From: an uncultured Legionellaceae bacterium
GTDB lineage: Bacteria; Pseudomonadota; Gammaproteobacteria; Legionellales; Legionellaceae
Length of the DNA: 64,000 nucleotides
Assembly (NCBI GenBank): GCA_964572685.1
Contig: CAZNFJ010000001.1
Coordinates: 7,838-71,837 of the forward strand
Reading direction: 5' to 3'
The notes under the pieces were generated by a model, which worked only from the letters and a program-made list of their open reading frames with translations, made no database searches and was not told the DNA's origin. The position numbers and the translations under genes are program-made. Positions 1-8,293 of this stretch are shown piece by piece (the stretch's first letter is position 1; every line of letters begins with the position of its first letter).

Positions 1-16
1 AGCGAAGAATAAATTT

Positions 17-1165
17 TTGACATTTACATTTCTTATTCCTATAGTGAATTTATTGATAGGAAGTCTAGGTTATTTAAATTTAGCTATTTATGTACAATTT
101 ATATTGATTATTAATGTTATCATTGTCAGTTATTTACTTATTCTCTTTAGACTTAAAAATATCTCATCGAGCTTCTTAAGAAACATGCCTTTGGATAAAA
201 TATTTTCCCATTACAAGAATATCGCTCTTATTCATTTAAATCTGTTAATAAATTATATTTTTTTTGCAGGCGTCATTGTTTTTCTACTACTCCTGTTTGT
301 AGGTACATTCAGCTTGTTTTCGCAAGGATTTTTCATGAAGTTGTTTGAGTGGATATTTGTTTACCCTGTAATTAAAGCTTATAATCTACATGTGATGGGT
401 TTTGCTTGGTCTTTCTTTGTATTGTTAGTTCTTGATTTACTTAATTTTGCAATCTCTAAATATTGGTCATTTCGCTTGTGTTCAGATGACAAAAGTCGTC
501 AAACCATGATGAAATTGTTTAATTGTATAGGTTATACAATTACTTTGGTGATTATTTTAAAAGTGATAGGGCTTCCTTTGCAAAATCTATTATTTATTAT
601 TAGTGGTTTATCAATTGGAATCGGCTTGGGTTTAAAAAATGTACTTTCAGGGCTAATTTCAAGCTTAATATTATTTATGAATAAATCTTTTGAAGTCGGT
701 GATTATATTAAGGTCGGAGATACCAAAGGATATGTGAAAAATATTTCTTTACTTGAGACCCTTATCGAAACAGAGGATAACAATAAGGTCATTTTGCCCA
801 ATCAGTTAATCGCATCGTCAGTGGTACAGAATTATACTTATGGACATAAACAATTTTATAGAATTCATATGACCTATATATTAAAACAATTTAATATCCA
901 AGCGGAAGGCTCAATTAGCTCTGGAATTAAAACGCTTTTACGAAATCAAGCAGGTGTTCTAGGCGACAAACCTCAGCATATCAAACTTATTTTTTCATTG
1001 ATTGAACAAACAACAGATGCTTATCGCGTAGAAATTATTTTTTCTATTGATAATTCATTGCATCTGAAAGAGGCTTTAACGGAAATAAGCCGAAAGATAT
1101 TTAGTCAATTACAAACGTTTAATCAGGCCGTGGTCTTTGAAAAAATGGAATATCCGAGTCAATAG
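17..1165 (+). CDS. MscS-family small-conductance mechanosensitive channel (5' end possibly cut by window edge)
   Basis: Multi-TM N-terminus followed by an MscS-type pore-helix/beta-domain block (GIGLGLKNVLSGLISSLILFMNKSFEVGDYIKVGDTKGYVKNISLLETLIET..NKVILPNQ). The track start is a TTG, and the frame stays open back to nt 2, so the true start may lie upstream of the window. Confidence 0.8.
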   Translation: MTFTFLIPIVNLLIGSLGYLNLAIYVQFILIINVIIVSYLLILFRLKNISSSFLRNMPLDKIFSHYKNIALIHLNLLINYIFFAGVIVFLLLLFVGTFSLFSQGFFMKLFEWIFVYPVIKAYNLHVMGFAWSFFVLLVLDLLNFAISKYWSFRLCSDDKSRQTMMKLFNCIGYTITLVIILKVIGLPLQNLLFIISGLSIGIGLGLKNVLSGLISSLILFMNKSFEVGDYIKVGDTKGYVKNISLLETLIETEDNNKVILPNQLIASSVVQNYTYGHKQFYRIHMTYILKQFNIQAEGSISSGIKTLLRNQAGVLGDKPQHIKLIFSLIEQTTDAYRVEIIFSIDNSLHLKEALTEISRKIFSQLQTFNQAVVFEKMEYPSQ

Positions 1166-1259
1166 ACGGAATCACCCCAAAATACCGAAGTTGTATGAAA
1201 TAATATGCTGGTTTTTGTTTGCCAAAACTGCTAGTCTTTAATCATTTAAGGATAAATTC

Positions 1260-1613
1260 ATGACATGGCATTTTGTAACCAATTTGGAAATTCTTCAGGA
1301 ACAAGGACGGCAAGTTTTTCAAATTGAGTCGAATAAAGTTTTAATGATTTGGCATGAAAATCAAGTGCATGCGGTTCAAGCTCAATGCCCGCATTTAAAG
1401 TTGCCTCTAGCAAAAGCACAAATAAATACCGATAATGAAATTGTCTGTCCTTTTCATAAAAGTGCTTTTGATCTGTGTAGTGGAGAAGTCAAATGTTGGT
1501 CGCCCTGGCCGGCCATGTTAAGCGGCGTCTTGGGAAAAATATCCAAACCCAAAAACTTAGCAGTCTATCCAGTCAAGCTAGAAGATAATCGAATTTTTAT
1601 TAATATTTCTTAG
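1260..1613 (+). CDS. Small Rieske-type [2Fe-2S] domain protein
   Basis: 117 aa with the two Rieske ligand boxes C-P-H (CPHLKLPL) and C-P-F-H (CPFHKSAFD). Its 3' end overlaps the convergent LysR gene by 36 nt. Confidence 0.75.
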   Translation: MTWHFVTNLEILQEQGRQVFQIESNKVLMIWHENQVHAVQAQCPHLKLPLAKAQINTDNEIVCPFHKSAFDLCSGEVKCWSPWPAMLSGVLGKISKPKNLAVYPVKLEDNRIFINIS

Positions 1614-2453
1614 TTTTTTTATTAAAAAGTAATTTAGAGATTCAACTGCCTTGCTCATGTTTTCGGATTTGAGAATACTAATTTGTATATCATGTAGCTT
1701 GGGCAGAAAAGTATCTTTTAAAATTTGTAAATCATGAGGGATCATGCTTTTTTGAATGGCCGTGATGCCAAGACCTGCACGAACTGCCGCCATTTTACCT
1801 GAATAGCTGGGACTGCTATATGTTAAATTCCAAGGGATTTCTGCATTTTCTAGTGCCTGAATAACATCTTCTCGATATACGCAAGGGCTTGGCGAAAGAA
1901 CTAGAGGTATGGTTGATTCTGGAGATAATTCTTTTAAGCGCTTGAGGTTTCCAACCCATTCAACTGATTCTGTGCTAATGATATTGCCAAAATGCGCATA
2001 CGCATTAAAGTTGTTTTTAATCAGAATGATGTCGTATTTGTTTGTTTCAAAGTCTTTCATTAGATTTAGGGTTAAATCACATTCGACATTTAAAATCACA
2101 CGAGGATGTTGTCTAGAAAACTCAACCAAAACATCCGATAAAATCATACTAGCAAAGTCTTCTGGTAAGCCAAAATGAATGTCCCCCTTGATCTCAGGCT
2201 CCTTAAATCGATCAAATAACTCACGATGAAGTGTATATATTTTTCTGGCGTAATTTAGAAAGATTTCACCATCTAATGTCAACGAAGGGTCTTTTCCTCG
2301 AAGGATGAGTTCTTTTCCTATTAAATATTCAAGTTTTGCAATTTGTTGGCTCACCGCAGATTGGGTGCGACCAACCATTTTGGCTGATTTAGTGAAATTC
2401 AATGTTTCGGCAACGGCAATAAAACATTGTAATGCTACGGTATCAATGTTCAT
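1578..2453 (-). CDS. LysR-family transcriptional regulator
   Basis: N-terminal wHTH (FTKSAKMVGRTQSAVSQQIAKLE) plus a LysR substrate-binding-type C-terminal domain. Divergently oriented to the dabB-dabA operon. Confidence 0.9.
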   Translation of the reverse strand: MNIDTVALQCFIAVAETLNFTKSAKMVGRTQSAVSQQIAKLEYLIGKELILRGKDPSLTLDGEIFLNYARKIYTLHRELFDRFKEPEIKGDIHFGLPEDFASMILSDVLVEFSRQHPRVILNVECDLTLNLMKDFETNKYDIILIKNNFNAYAHFGNIISTESVEWVGNLKRLKELSPESTIPLVLSPSPCVYREDVIQALENAEIPWNLTYSSPSYSGKMAAVRAGLGITAIQKSMIPHDLQILKDTFLPKLHDIQISILKSENMSKAVESLNYFLIKKLRNINKNSIIF

Positions 2454-2491
2454 TAGATTTTCTTATCGTTAAGATTAATATAATTAATTTT

Positions 2492-2503
2492 ACTGATATC
2501 AGT
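2492..2503. promoter_or_regulatory. Perfect 12-bp palindrome ACTGATATCAGT, candidate LysR-type operator
   Basis: Perfect dyad located exactly at the centre of the 88-bp lysR/dabB divergent intergenic region (38 nt to each start codon). LTTRs bind dyads in divergent promoters. Confidence 0.4.
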
Positions 2504-2541
2504 TTTTCTATTAAATTTAACATAGATAAATATAAATTCTA

Positions 2542-3954
2542 ATGGGGATTGCAGTGGATGTCTATTCTTTCATGTCATTAATAGGACCTATCCTTGGATT
2601 ATTGGGGATGTTAATGGTTCTAAAAAAAAAATTTCATCAAGCAATTATGTTTTTGATGGGAGGGGCTGCGATTGGACTTGTCGCCAGTTTTAGCGGACTT
2701 TTACTCCATCTATCAGGAGATATGAAGGTTCATGATTTATTAAGTTGCCTGATTTTACTAGTGAGTCTTAACATTCAAAAGTTTTCTTTGGATTATATGA
2801 AGGGAGATTCAGCAATATACCGATATTATATCCTTTTAGGACTTTTGACATTATCGGCCAATATCATGGTTTTGGTCCCTAGTGATGCATTATTTGCTTT
2901 TTTTTGGAGTTTAAATAGTATTTTACTCTCGATTTTAATGATCCATAAGAGTCAATGGAAAGCTGCTAAATACTCAGGCGTTTACACTTTGTTGACCCTA
3001 TTATTGGGGAGTCTATTCTTAGTGCTTGCACGATGTTGGCCACAAGCTATTTTTGCAAAATATTTGCTGGTTTTAGCAGCCATGTGTCAATCCGCCATTT
3101 GGCCTTTTCATCGATGGTTGCTGAGCTCTTTGAATTCTCCAACACCTGTTTCTGCGTTGATGCATGCGGGTATCGTTAATGGAGGGGGGATACTATTAGT
3201 TCGTTATCATGATTGGTTAGTCCAGGATGATGGGGTCATGTACTTTATTTTTATAATGGGATTAATAACTGCATTATCTGCGGGTTATTGGAAATTGATT
3301 CAAGTAGACATCAAAAGAATGTTAGCCAATTCTACCATGGCACAAATGGGTTTTATGCTTATGCAATGTGGTTTGGGTTTGTTTCCAGCAGCTCTTGCAC
3401 ATATTTGTTGGCATGGTTTATTTAAGGCTTATTTATTTCTTAATGCAGGAACAGCGGTTGAGGGTAAGATAAAACCTAAGGTTGTTTCACACCATTTAAA
3501 AGATAAGCTTGGCATGATTGGGGCAACACTTTTGGGTCTATGGTGCTTCGTTCAGACGTCCCATATTCAAGTGAATTTAATGAATACCGAAGGGCTATTA
3601 TTGGTGATGGTTGTTATCACTTTATGGCAATTGTCAAAAAGTTTGGTAAATACTCATCACAGACTATTAATGCTTTTGTTGGTGAGTCTGGGGTCTGCTC
3701 TGTATGGTGAAAGTGTATGGCTAATTGAAGGAATTTTTTCTCAGGGTAGAAGTTTGGCCTTATCTCTAAAGCCTCTTTTTGTCATTGGTATTGGTTTATT
3801 AGTTTGTATTTGGTTTTTTTTGAATGGTTCTTGGTTCAGAGGTTTTAAAAATAGTCGCTGGGGATTAAAAATTTATATGTGGGGTATCAACGCCAGTCAG
3901 CCCTTTGCCAAAACCATGACATCAGTGAGAAGTACTTACCAATATGAGGAGTAA
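2542..3954 (+). CDS. dabB: DabB-like proton-conducting membrane transporter (NuoL/MnhA-family subunit of a DAB inorganic-carbon pump)
   Basis: 470-aa polytopic protein with the NuoL/M/N-family motif WPFHRWLLSSLNSPTPVSALMHAGIVNGGGILLVRY. Its stop overlaps the dabA start (TAATG). Confidence 0.8.
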   Translation: MGIAVDVYSFMSLIGPILGLLGMLMVLKKKFHQAIMFLMGGAAIGLVASFSGLLLHLSGDMKVHDLLSCLILLVSLNIQKFSLDYMKGDSAIYRYYILLGLLTLSANIMVLVPSDALFAFFWSLNSILLSILMIHKSQWKAAKYSGVYTLLTLLLGSLFLVLARCWPQAIFAKYLLVLAAMCQSAIWPFHRWLLSSLNSPTPVSALMHAGIVNGGGILLVRYHDWLVQDDGVMYFIFIMGLITALSAGYWKLIQVDIKRMLANSTMAQMGFMLMQCGLGLFPAALAHICWHGLFKAYLFLNAGTAVEGKIKPKVVSHHLKDKLGMIGATLLGLWCFVQTSHIQVNLMNTEGLLLVMVVITLWQLSKSLVNTHHRLLMLLLVSLGSALYGESVWLIEGIFSQGRSLALSLKPLFVIGIGLLVCIWFFLNGSWFRGFKNSRWGLKIYMWGINASQPFAKTMTSVRSTYQYEE

Positions 3955-6191
3955 TGATGAGTGAGACCATCTGTTTGCAAAAAGAATCATCGATGAAAAG
4001 CAATTCAGCTCATTTGGATATCGATGTCATGGTTCATGAAGCAGCAAAAAAAATAGTACCTGTTTGGCCTTTGAAAACATTCATCGCATGCAATCCGTTG
4101 CAAGGGTTTGAAGATGAGCATTTTGATCATGCAGTGACGCGTTCCTTTTCAACATGGTGTCGCTCTCCGAAAAATGAACAAGAGGAGGCAGTGAATCGGG
4201 AGATGATCAAGTGGTTGAGTCTATTTTTAGATACCGGACAAGCAAGCATCGATGCACCTCACCGTGAAAAAGGTTTTTATGCTTTTTTTTGTATACTATC
4301 ACCTTATGATGCGCCTCTTCATCAATGTCGGGGGGGATTGAAATCTATTTTTGAAATTTTACCAAAAACGCCACAAGAGGCCATTGATTTTTGCTTGAAA
4401 TACCTTCAAATCTCATCAGAGTCTCATATTGATTTTTTGGCGCAAAATTTTGGATATTTATCAGGTTGGTCGGGTTATATTAAGTGGTTGAGTTTATGGG
4501 ATCATCATCACGCTTTTACCAAACAATATCCCATTAACTTATTAGAATATGTTGCGGTTCGTTTAATAATAACCACGTGTTTTTATCCAGAAATCTCATT
4601 GGAAATAAATATAGAGAATATTCAACCTGACTATTTACAAGTATTAAAAGATGATGAGCAAGTTTATGCTGATGTGTTATTGAAGAATTTAAAGCATAAC
4701 TTAGAAAATCAAATCCATGAAGATGAAAAAACTGATGTGCAATTGATTTTTTGTATAGATGTTCGTTCGGAACCTTTACGTCGACAAATAGAAAATCTTG
4801 GTGCTTATGAAACTTTTGGCTTTGCTGGGTTTTTCGGTTTGCCTGTGCGTATTTATGATGAGGATAATAATCATTTTAACGATTGTTGTCCGGTATTGTT
4901 AAAACCTAAATTTAATATTCATAAAATTTATCGGGGCGCTTTAAAAGAAAAGATTTTGCGCAAACGTCATCGGTCCTTATTGCGTTCTTTTTTGAGTGCC
5001 TATCAACAATTGAAATACAATTACGCCACGCCTTTTCAGTTGGCAGATGTTATGGGACCTTGGTCTGGTCTTTGGATGGTTTTTAAGAATTTTTTTCCTA
5101 GACAACTGAATCATTTGAACTCAAAAATACTTGAAAAATTAATGCCGACTGAGGATGTCGAACTTGATATCAATGGAATTCCTAAAAACGAGCAAGTTGA
5201 TTATGCAGAGATTATTTTAAAGCTCATGGGATTGACAAAGAATTTTGCAAAGCTTGTGGTTTTTTGCGGACATAAAAGTACCACAACCAATAATCCTTAT
5301 GCGAGTGCTTTAGATTGTGGCGCTTGTGGGGGTAATGAGGGGCGCGATAATCCGAAAATCTTGGCCAAAATATTAAATCAACCTTTTGTTCGTGAACAGC
5401 TCAGGCAAAGAGGTCTAATGATTCCAGAGGACACCTATTTTATGGCAGCTTTGCACGATACAACAACTGATGAATGTCATTTGAGCTTGAGTAGCCAAAT
5501 TAAACATCAGGTACTTATCGAGCAATTACAGGCTGATTTGCAACTTGCCAGAGAGAAAAATCTCGTTTATCGCAGTGGTTTTTTGAATAATTTTTGGAAA
5601 AATGTGCCCAATAAAAGTCTTAACTGGGCTGAAGTTCGTCCTGAATGGGGTTTGGCGCGAAATGCCGCTTTTGTTGTAGGGCCTAGAAATTTGACCAAAT
5701 CAGTTGACTGTGACGGACGTTGTTTTTTACATTCCTATAATTGGGAAATCGATGATAATGGTTATTTATTAGAAATAATTTTAACTGCGCCGATGGTGGT
5801 TGCACAATGGATAAATCATCAGTATTTATTTTCAACATGGAACAATGTAATTTATGGAAGTGGTAGTAAAATCACCCAAAATATAGTTGGAAAAATAGGT
5901 GTCATGCAAGGTAATGGTAGTGATTTGATGCATGGATTGTCATTGCAATCTGTGAATTTGACGGATGAAAAAGCCTTTCATCAGCCCATGCGCTTATTAA
6001 CAGTGGTTTTTGCGCCACGTCAAAGGGTGATGGAGATTATTTTAAAAAATGATATTTTGCAAAAACTATTTTTTAATGAATGGGTTCATTTAGTGGTGAT
6101 AGAGCCTGTGGAATGCGTTTTTTATCAACTCGAACAAAAACAATGGAAGCTTGTGAAGGAGAATTTAAATGACGAAAGTTCAAGAAAATAA
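3954..6191 (+). CDS. dabA: DabA-like (DUF2309/UPF0753) subunit of a DAB inorganic-carbon pump
   Basis: 745 aa. It has a beta-carbonic-anhydrase-like C-x-D-x-R box (CIDVR, nt 4752-4766) and a His...15 aa...Cys pair in CGHKSTTTNNPYASALDCGACGG. Translationally coupled to the NuoL-like partner. Confidence 0.85.
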   Translation: MMSETICLQKESSMKSNSAHLDIDVMVHEAAKKIVPVWPLKTFIACNPLQGFEDEHFDHAVTRSFSTWCRSPKNEQEEAVNREMIKWLSLFLDTGQASIDAPHREKGFYAFFCILSPYDAPLHQCRGGLKSIFEILPKTPQEAIDFCLKYLQISSESHIDFLAQNFGYLSGWSGYIKWLSLWDHHHAFTKQYPINLLEYVAVRLIITTCFYPEISLEINIENIQPDYLQVLKDDEQVYADVLLKNLKHNLENQIHEDEKTDVQLIFCIDVRSEPLRRQIENLGAYETFGFAGFFGLPVRIYDEDNNHFNDCCPVLLKPKFNIHKIYRGALKEKILRKRHRSLLRSFLSAYQQLKYNYATPFQLADVMGPWSGLWMVFKNFFPRQLNHLNSKILEKLMPTEDVELDINGIPKNEQVDYAEIILKLMGLTKNFAKLVVFCGHKSTTTNNPYASALDCGACGGNEGRDNPKILAKILNQPFVREQLRQRGLMIPEDTYFMAALHDTTTDECHLSLSSQIKHQVLIEQLQADLQLAREKNLVYRSGFLNNFWKNVPNKSLNWAEVRPEWGLARNAAFVVGPRNLTKSVDCDGRCFLHSYNWEIDDNGYLLEIILTAPMVVAQWINHQYLFSTWNNVIYGSGSKITQNIVGKIGVMQGNGSDLMHGLSLQSVNLTDEKAFHQPMRLLTVVFAPRQRVMEIILKNDILQKLFFNEWVHLVVIEPVECVFYQLEQKQWKLVKENLNDESSRK

Positions 6192-6534
6192 TGATTTAGA
6201 TCTATTTTTGGTAAAAAAAATTGAAATCATTTTATTGGGTGAATATCAGCAAATGGTTGCAAAATTTTTGATCGAATCAGGTGTTTCAGGTTATACTCTC
6301 ATCCCCAATGTTTCTGGATATGGGCATAAGGGCTTTCATCAAGGGAATCTTTTGTTTAATGAAAAAACGGCGCAGGTGATGTTTATAGCGGTTTCTGATG
6401 AAAAAACCATTCAAAAAGTAGCTCATAAAATGAGAGATATTTTTAGTGAAAATGCTGGTGTGATGTTTATATCCGATGTTTATGTGCATCGTTTGAATTA
6501 TTTTCAATCCGAGCATAAAAATGAGTTACCATGA
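6169..6534 (+). CDS. P-II (GlnB)-like small signalling protein
   Basis: About 110-120 aa with a P-II-like beginning (KKIEIILLGEYQQMVAKFLIESGVSGYTLIPNVSGYGHKG). It overlaps the dabA 3' end. The start is uncertain (ATG 6169 or TTG 6208). Confidence 0.6.
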   Translation: MTKVQENNDLDLFLVKKIEIILLGEYQQMVAKFLIESGVSGYTLIPNVSGYGHKGFHQGNLLFNEKTAQVMFIAVSDEKTIQKVAHKMRDIFSENAGVMFISDVYVHRLNYFQSEHKNELP

Positions 6535-7354
6535 ACGAACAATTGTCATCGCTTCCAAACATCATAAAGAACAAGTTATTGCTCCGGTTTTTCAGAAATA
6601 TTGGAACTGCCGTTTGATAAGAACAGCTTTGGATACTGATTTACTGGGAACATTTACTGGGGAAGTTCCACGAGTGCATGATCAATTGACGACTTGTCGA
6701 ATGAAAGCCTACCAAGCTGCCTCATTGGCGATGCAAAGCTGTGCAATCGCCTCTGAGGGGTGTTTTGGACCACATCCATTGATTCCATGGGCGCCCATGA
6801 ATCATGAAGTGATGGTGCTTGTTGATAAAGAGCGAGATATCTTTATTCAAGAAGAATTATTTTCCTATGAAACCAATTATTCAACGCTTCAAATTGATAT
6901 AAATAGTGAATTAAGTGATTTTTTAGAAAAAGTAAGATTTCCTTCTCATGGTTTATGTATACAAACCAAGGACTTGGATAAAGTGATTGCAAAGGGCATT
7001 CAGACGCATGATGATTTACAAAAAGCCTTGAAAAAAGGATTTTTATTGGATGAAGTCTTGCTTTTGAGTACTGATATGCGGGCGTTATTTAATCCCATGA
7101 GAATGAAAGTTATTGGTTTATTAGCAGAGAAGCTTGCGCAAAGAATTTTAAAACTTTGTCCCGCCTGTCAAATGCCCGGATTTGGGAAGGTAGGCGTGGA
7201 AGGTGCCTTGCCTTGTAGGGCTTGTCATATGTCTTCTAATGATTATGCCTTTGAGATTTTAGGCTGTGTTAAATGTCATTATCAGGAGCGACAGTGTCGT
7301 TCGGATGGTAGAGAAAGTATTGAGCCGCAGTTTTGCGATTTTTGTAATCCATAA
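6521..7354 (+). CDS. Uncharacterised 277-aa protein with C-terminal Cys-rich (zinc-ribbon-like) region
   Basis: Long ORF overlapping the P-II-like gene by 14 nt. The C-terminus carries CPAC..(17)..CRAC and CVKC..(20)..CDFC pairs. I recognise no catalytic motif. Confidence 0.6.
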   Translation: MSYHERTIVIASKHHKEQVIAPVFQKYWNCRLIRTALDTDLLGTFTGEVPRVHDQLTTCRMKAYQAASLAMQSCAIASEGCFGPHPLIPWAPMNHEVMVLVDKERDIFIQEELFSYETNYSTLQIDINSELSDFLEKVRFPSHGLCIQTKDLDKVIAKGIQTHDDLQKALKKGFLLDEVLLLSTDMRALFNPMRMKVIGLLAEKLAQRILKLCPACQMPGFGKVGVEGALPCRACHMSSNDYAFEILGCVKCHYQERQCRSDGRESIEPQFCDFCNP

Positions 7355-7366
7355 AAGAGTGCTGGA

Positions 7367-8293
7367 ATGAGTTTTATTACAAATGATATATCATTAATTT
7401 TAAGTCGGCTAGAAGCAGGTGATGTCGTGGCGATCCCGACTGAAACGGTTTACGGACTGGCTGCTGATTATGCCAATGAGAAAGCCATTGAAAAAATATT
7501 TGCAATGAAAAAGCGACCTTCGCAACATCCTTTAATCATGCATATTTTACCTGAATGGGATATTTTAAAATGGGTAAAAGATGTGCCAGATGTTGCCTGG
7601 GTAGCAATGAATCGATACTGGCCAGGACCTTTGACACTGGTATTCCATTTAAAAGAACAAATGGTATTGCCTTTGATAACCGGAGGGCAAGAAACAGTTG
7701 CCATTCGTGCTCCTAGTCATCCACTCATGATGAATTTATTAAGACAATTTGGTCGACCTATTGTTGCCCCCTCTGCTAATCCTTTTGAAAAACTAAGTCC
7801 TACAACAGCTTCTCATGTGTACAAGCATTTTTTACATGAAGATTTAGCTATTCTAGATGGCGGTCGATGTGATATTGGTATTGAGTCGACTATTGTGGAT
7901 ATGGCGCATCAGGTCGGCGTTATTTTAAGAGCAGGACAATGCGATTTTTCATTTGCATCGCTCAAAAAACAAACCGATATACGTGTTCCTGGTGCGCATT
8001 CTAAGCATTATCAACCATATAAGCCCTGCTATTATTTTGAAAATTTAGCAACTTATACAGGGTCTCTTAAAGATTTTTATATCATGCGTTTTGAGCCCAC
8101 ACCTCATCAAAAAACCAATTATCTCTTTCCTTTAGATTTTAATGAGGTCTGTTTTGAGTTTTATTATCAACTTCAAAAGGCTGATGAAAGCGATGCAAAA
8201 GCCATTTTGATTGAACTACCTCGAAATATTGATTTTCAAATGATCACAGATAAAATCAAAAGAGCGGCTAAATTGTTCTGTGATTCAGATTAG
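7367..8293 (+). CDS. tsaC: L-threonylcarbamoyladenylate synthase (Sua5/YwlC/TsaC family, long form)
   Basis: N-terminal YrdC-domain motifs (VVAIPTETVYGLAAD, RPSQHPLIMHI, GPLTLV, IRAPSHP, APSANP). The 308-aa length implies a Sua5-type C-terminal domain. Confidence 0.9.
   Translation: MSFITNDISLILSRLEAGDVVAIPTETVYGLAADYANEKAIEKIFAMKKRPSQHPLIMHILPEWDILKWVKDVPDVAWVAMNRYWPGPLTLVFHLKEQMVLPLITGGQETVAIRAPSHPLMMNLLRQFGRPIVAPSANPFEKLSPTTASHVYKHFLHEDLAILDGGRCDIGIESTIVDMAHQVGVILRAGQCDFSFASLKKQTDIRVPGAHSKHYQPYKPCYYFENLATYTGSLKDFYIMRFEPTPHQKTNYLFPLDFNEVCFEFYYQLQKADESDAKAILIELPRNIDFQMITDKIKRAAKLFCDSD

Noticed and set aside
1909-2178. 89-aa plus-strand ORF from the track
   Set aside because: It lies wholly inside, and antisense to, the well-supported LysR gene, and has no motif or start context. 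The same reasoning applies to the other short antisense or alternative-frame track ORFs inside strong genes, e.g. 6286-6516, 7468-7704, 11464-11724, 12312-12524, 13523-13708, 13734-13928, 14396-14835, 14966-15190, 17359-17723, 18319-18549, 18734-18943, 23658-23867, 24440-24676, 24973-25182, 25541-25828, 28916-29217, 30229-30492, 32478-32729, 35115-35857, 36082-36285, 36578-37203, 37711-37899, 38633-39245, 39897-40082, 40755-40982, 42229-42417, 44530-44727, 47493-47675, 50204-50992, 51091-51315, 55484-55684, 55820-56955, 58498-58806, 59840-60071 and 61441-61626.
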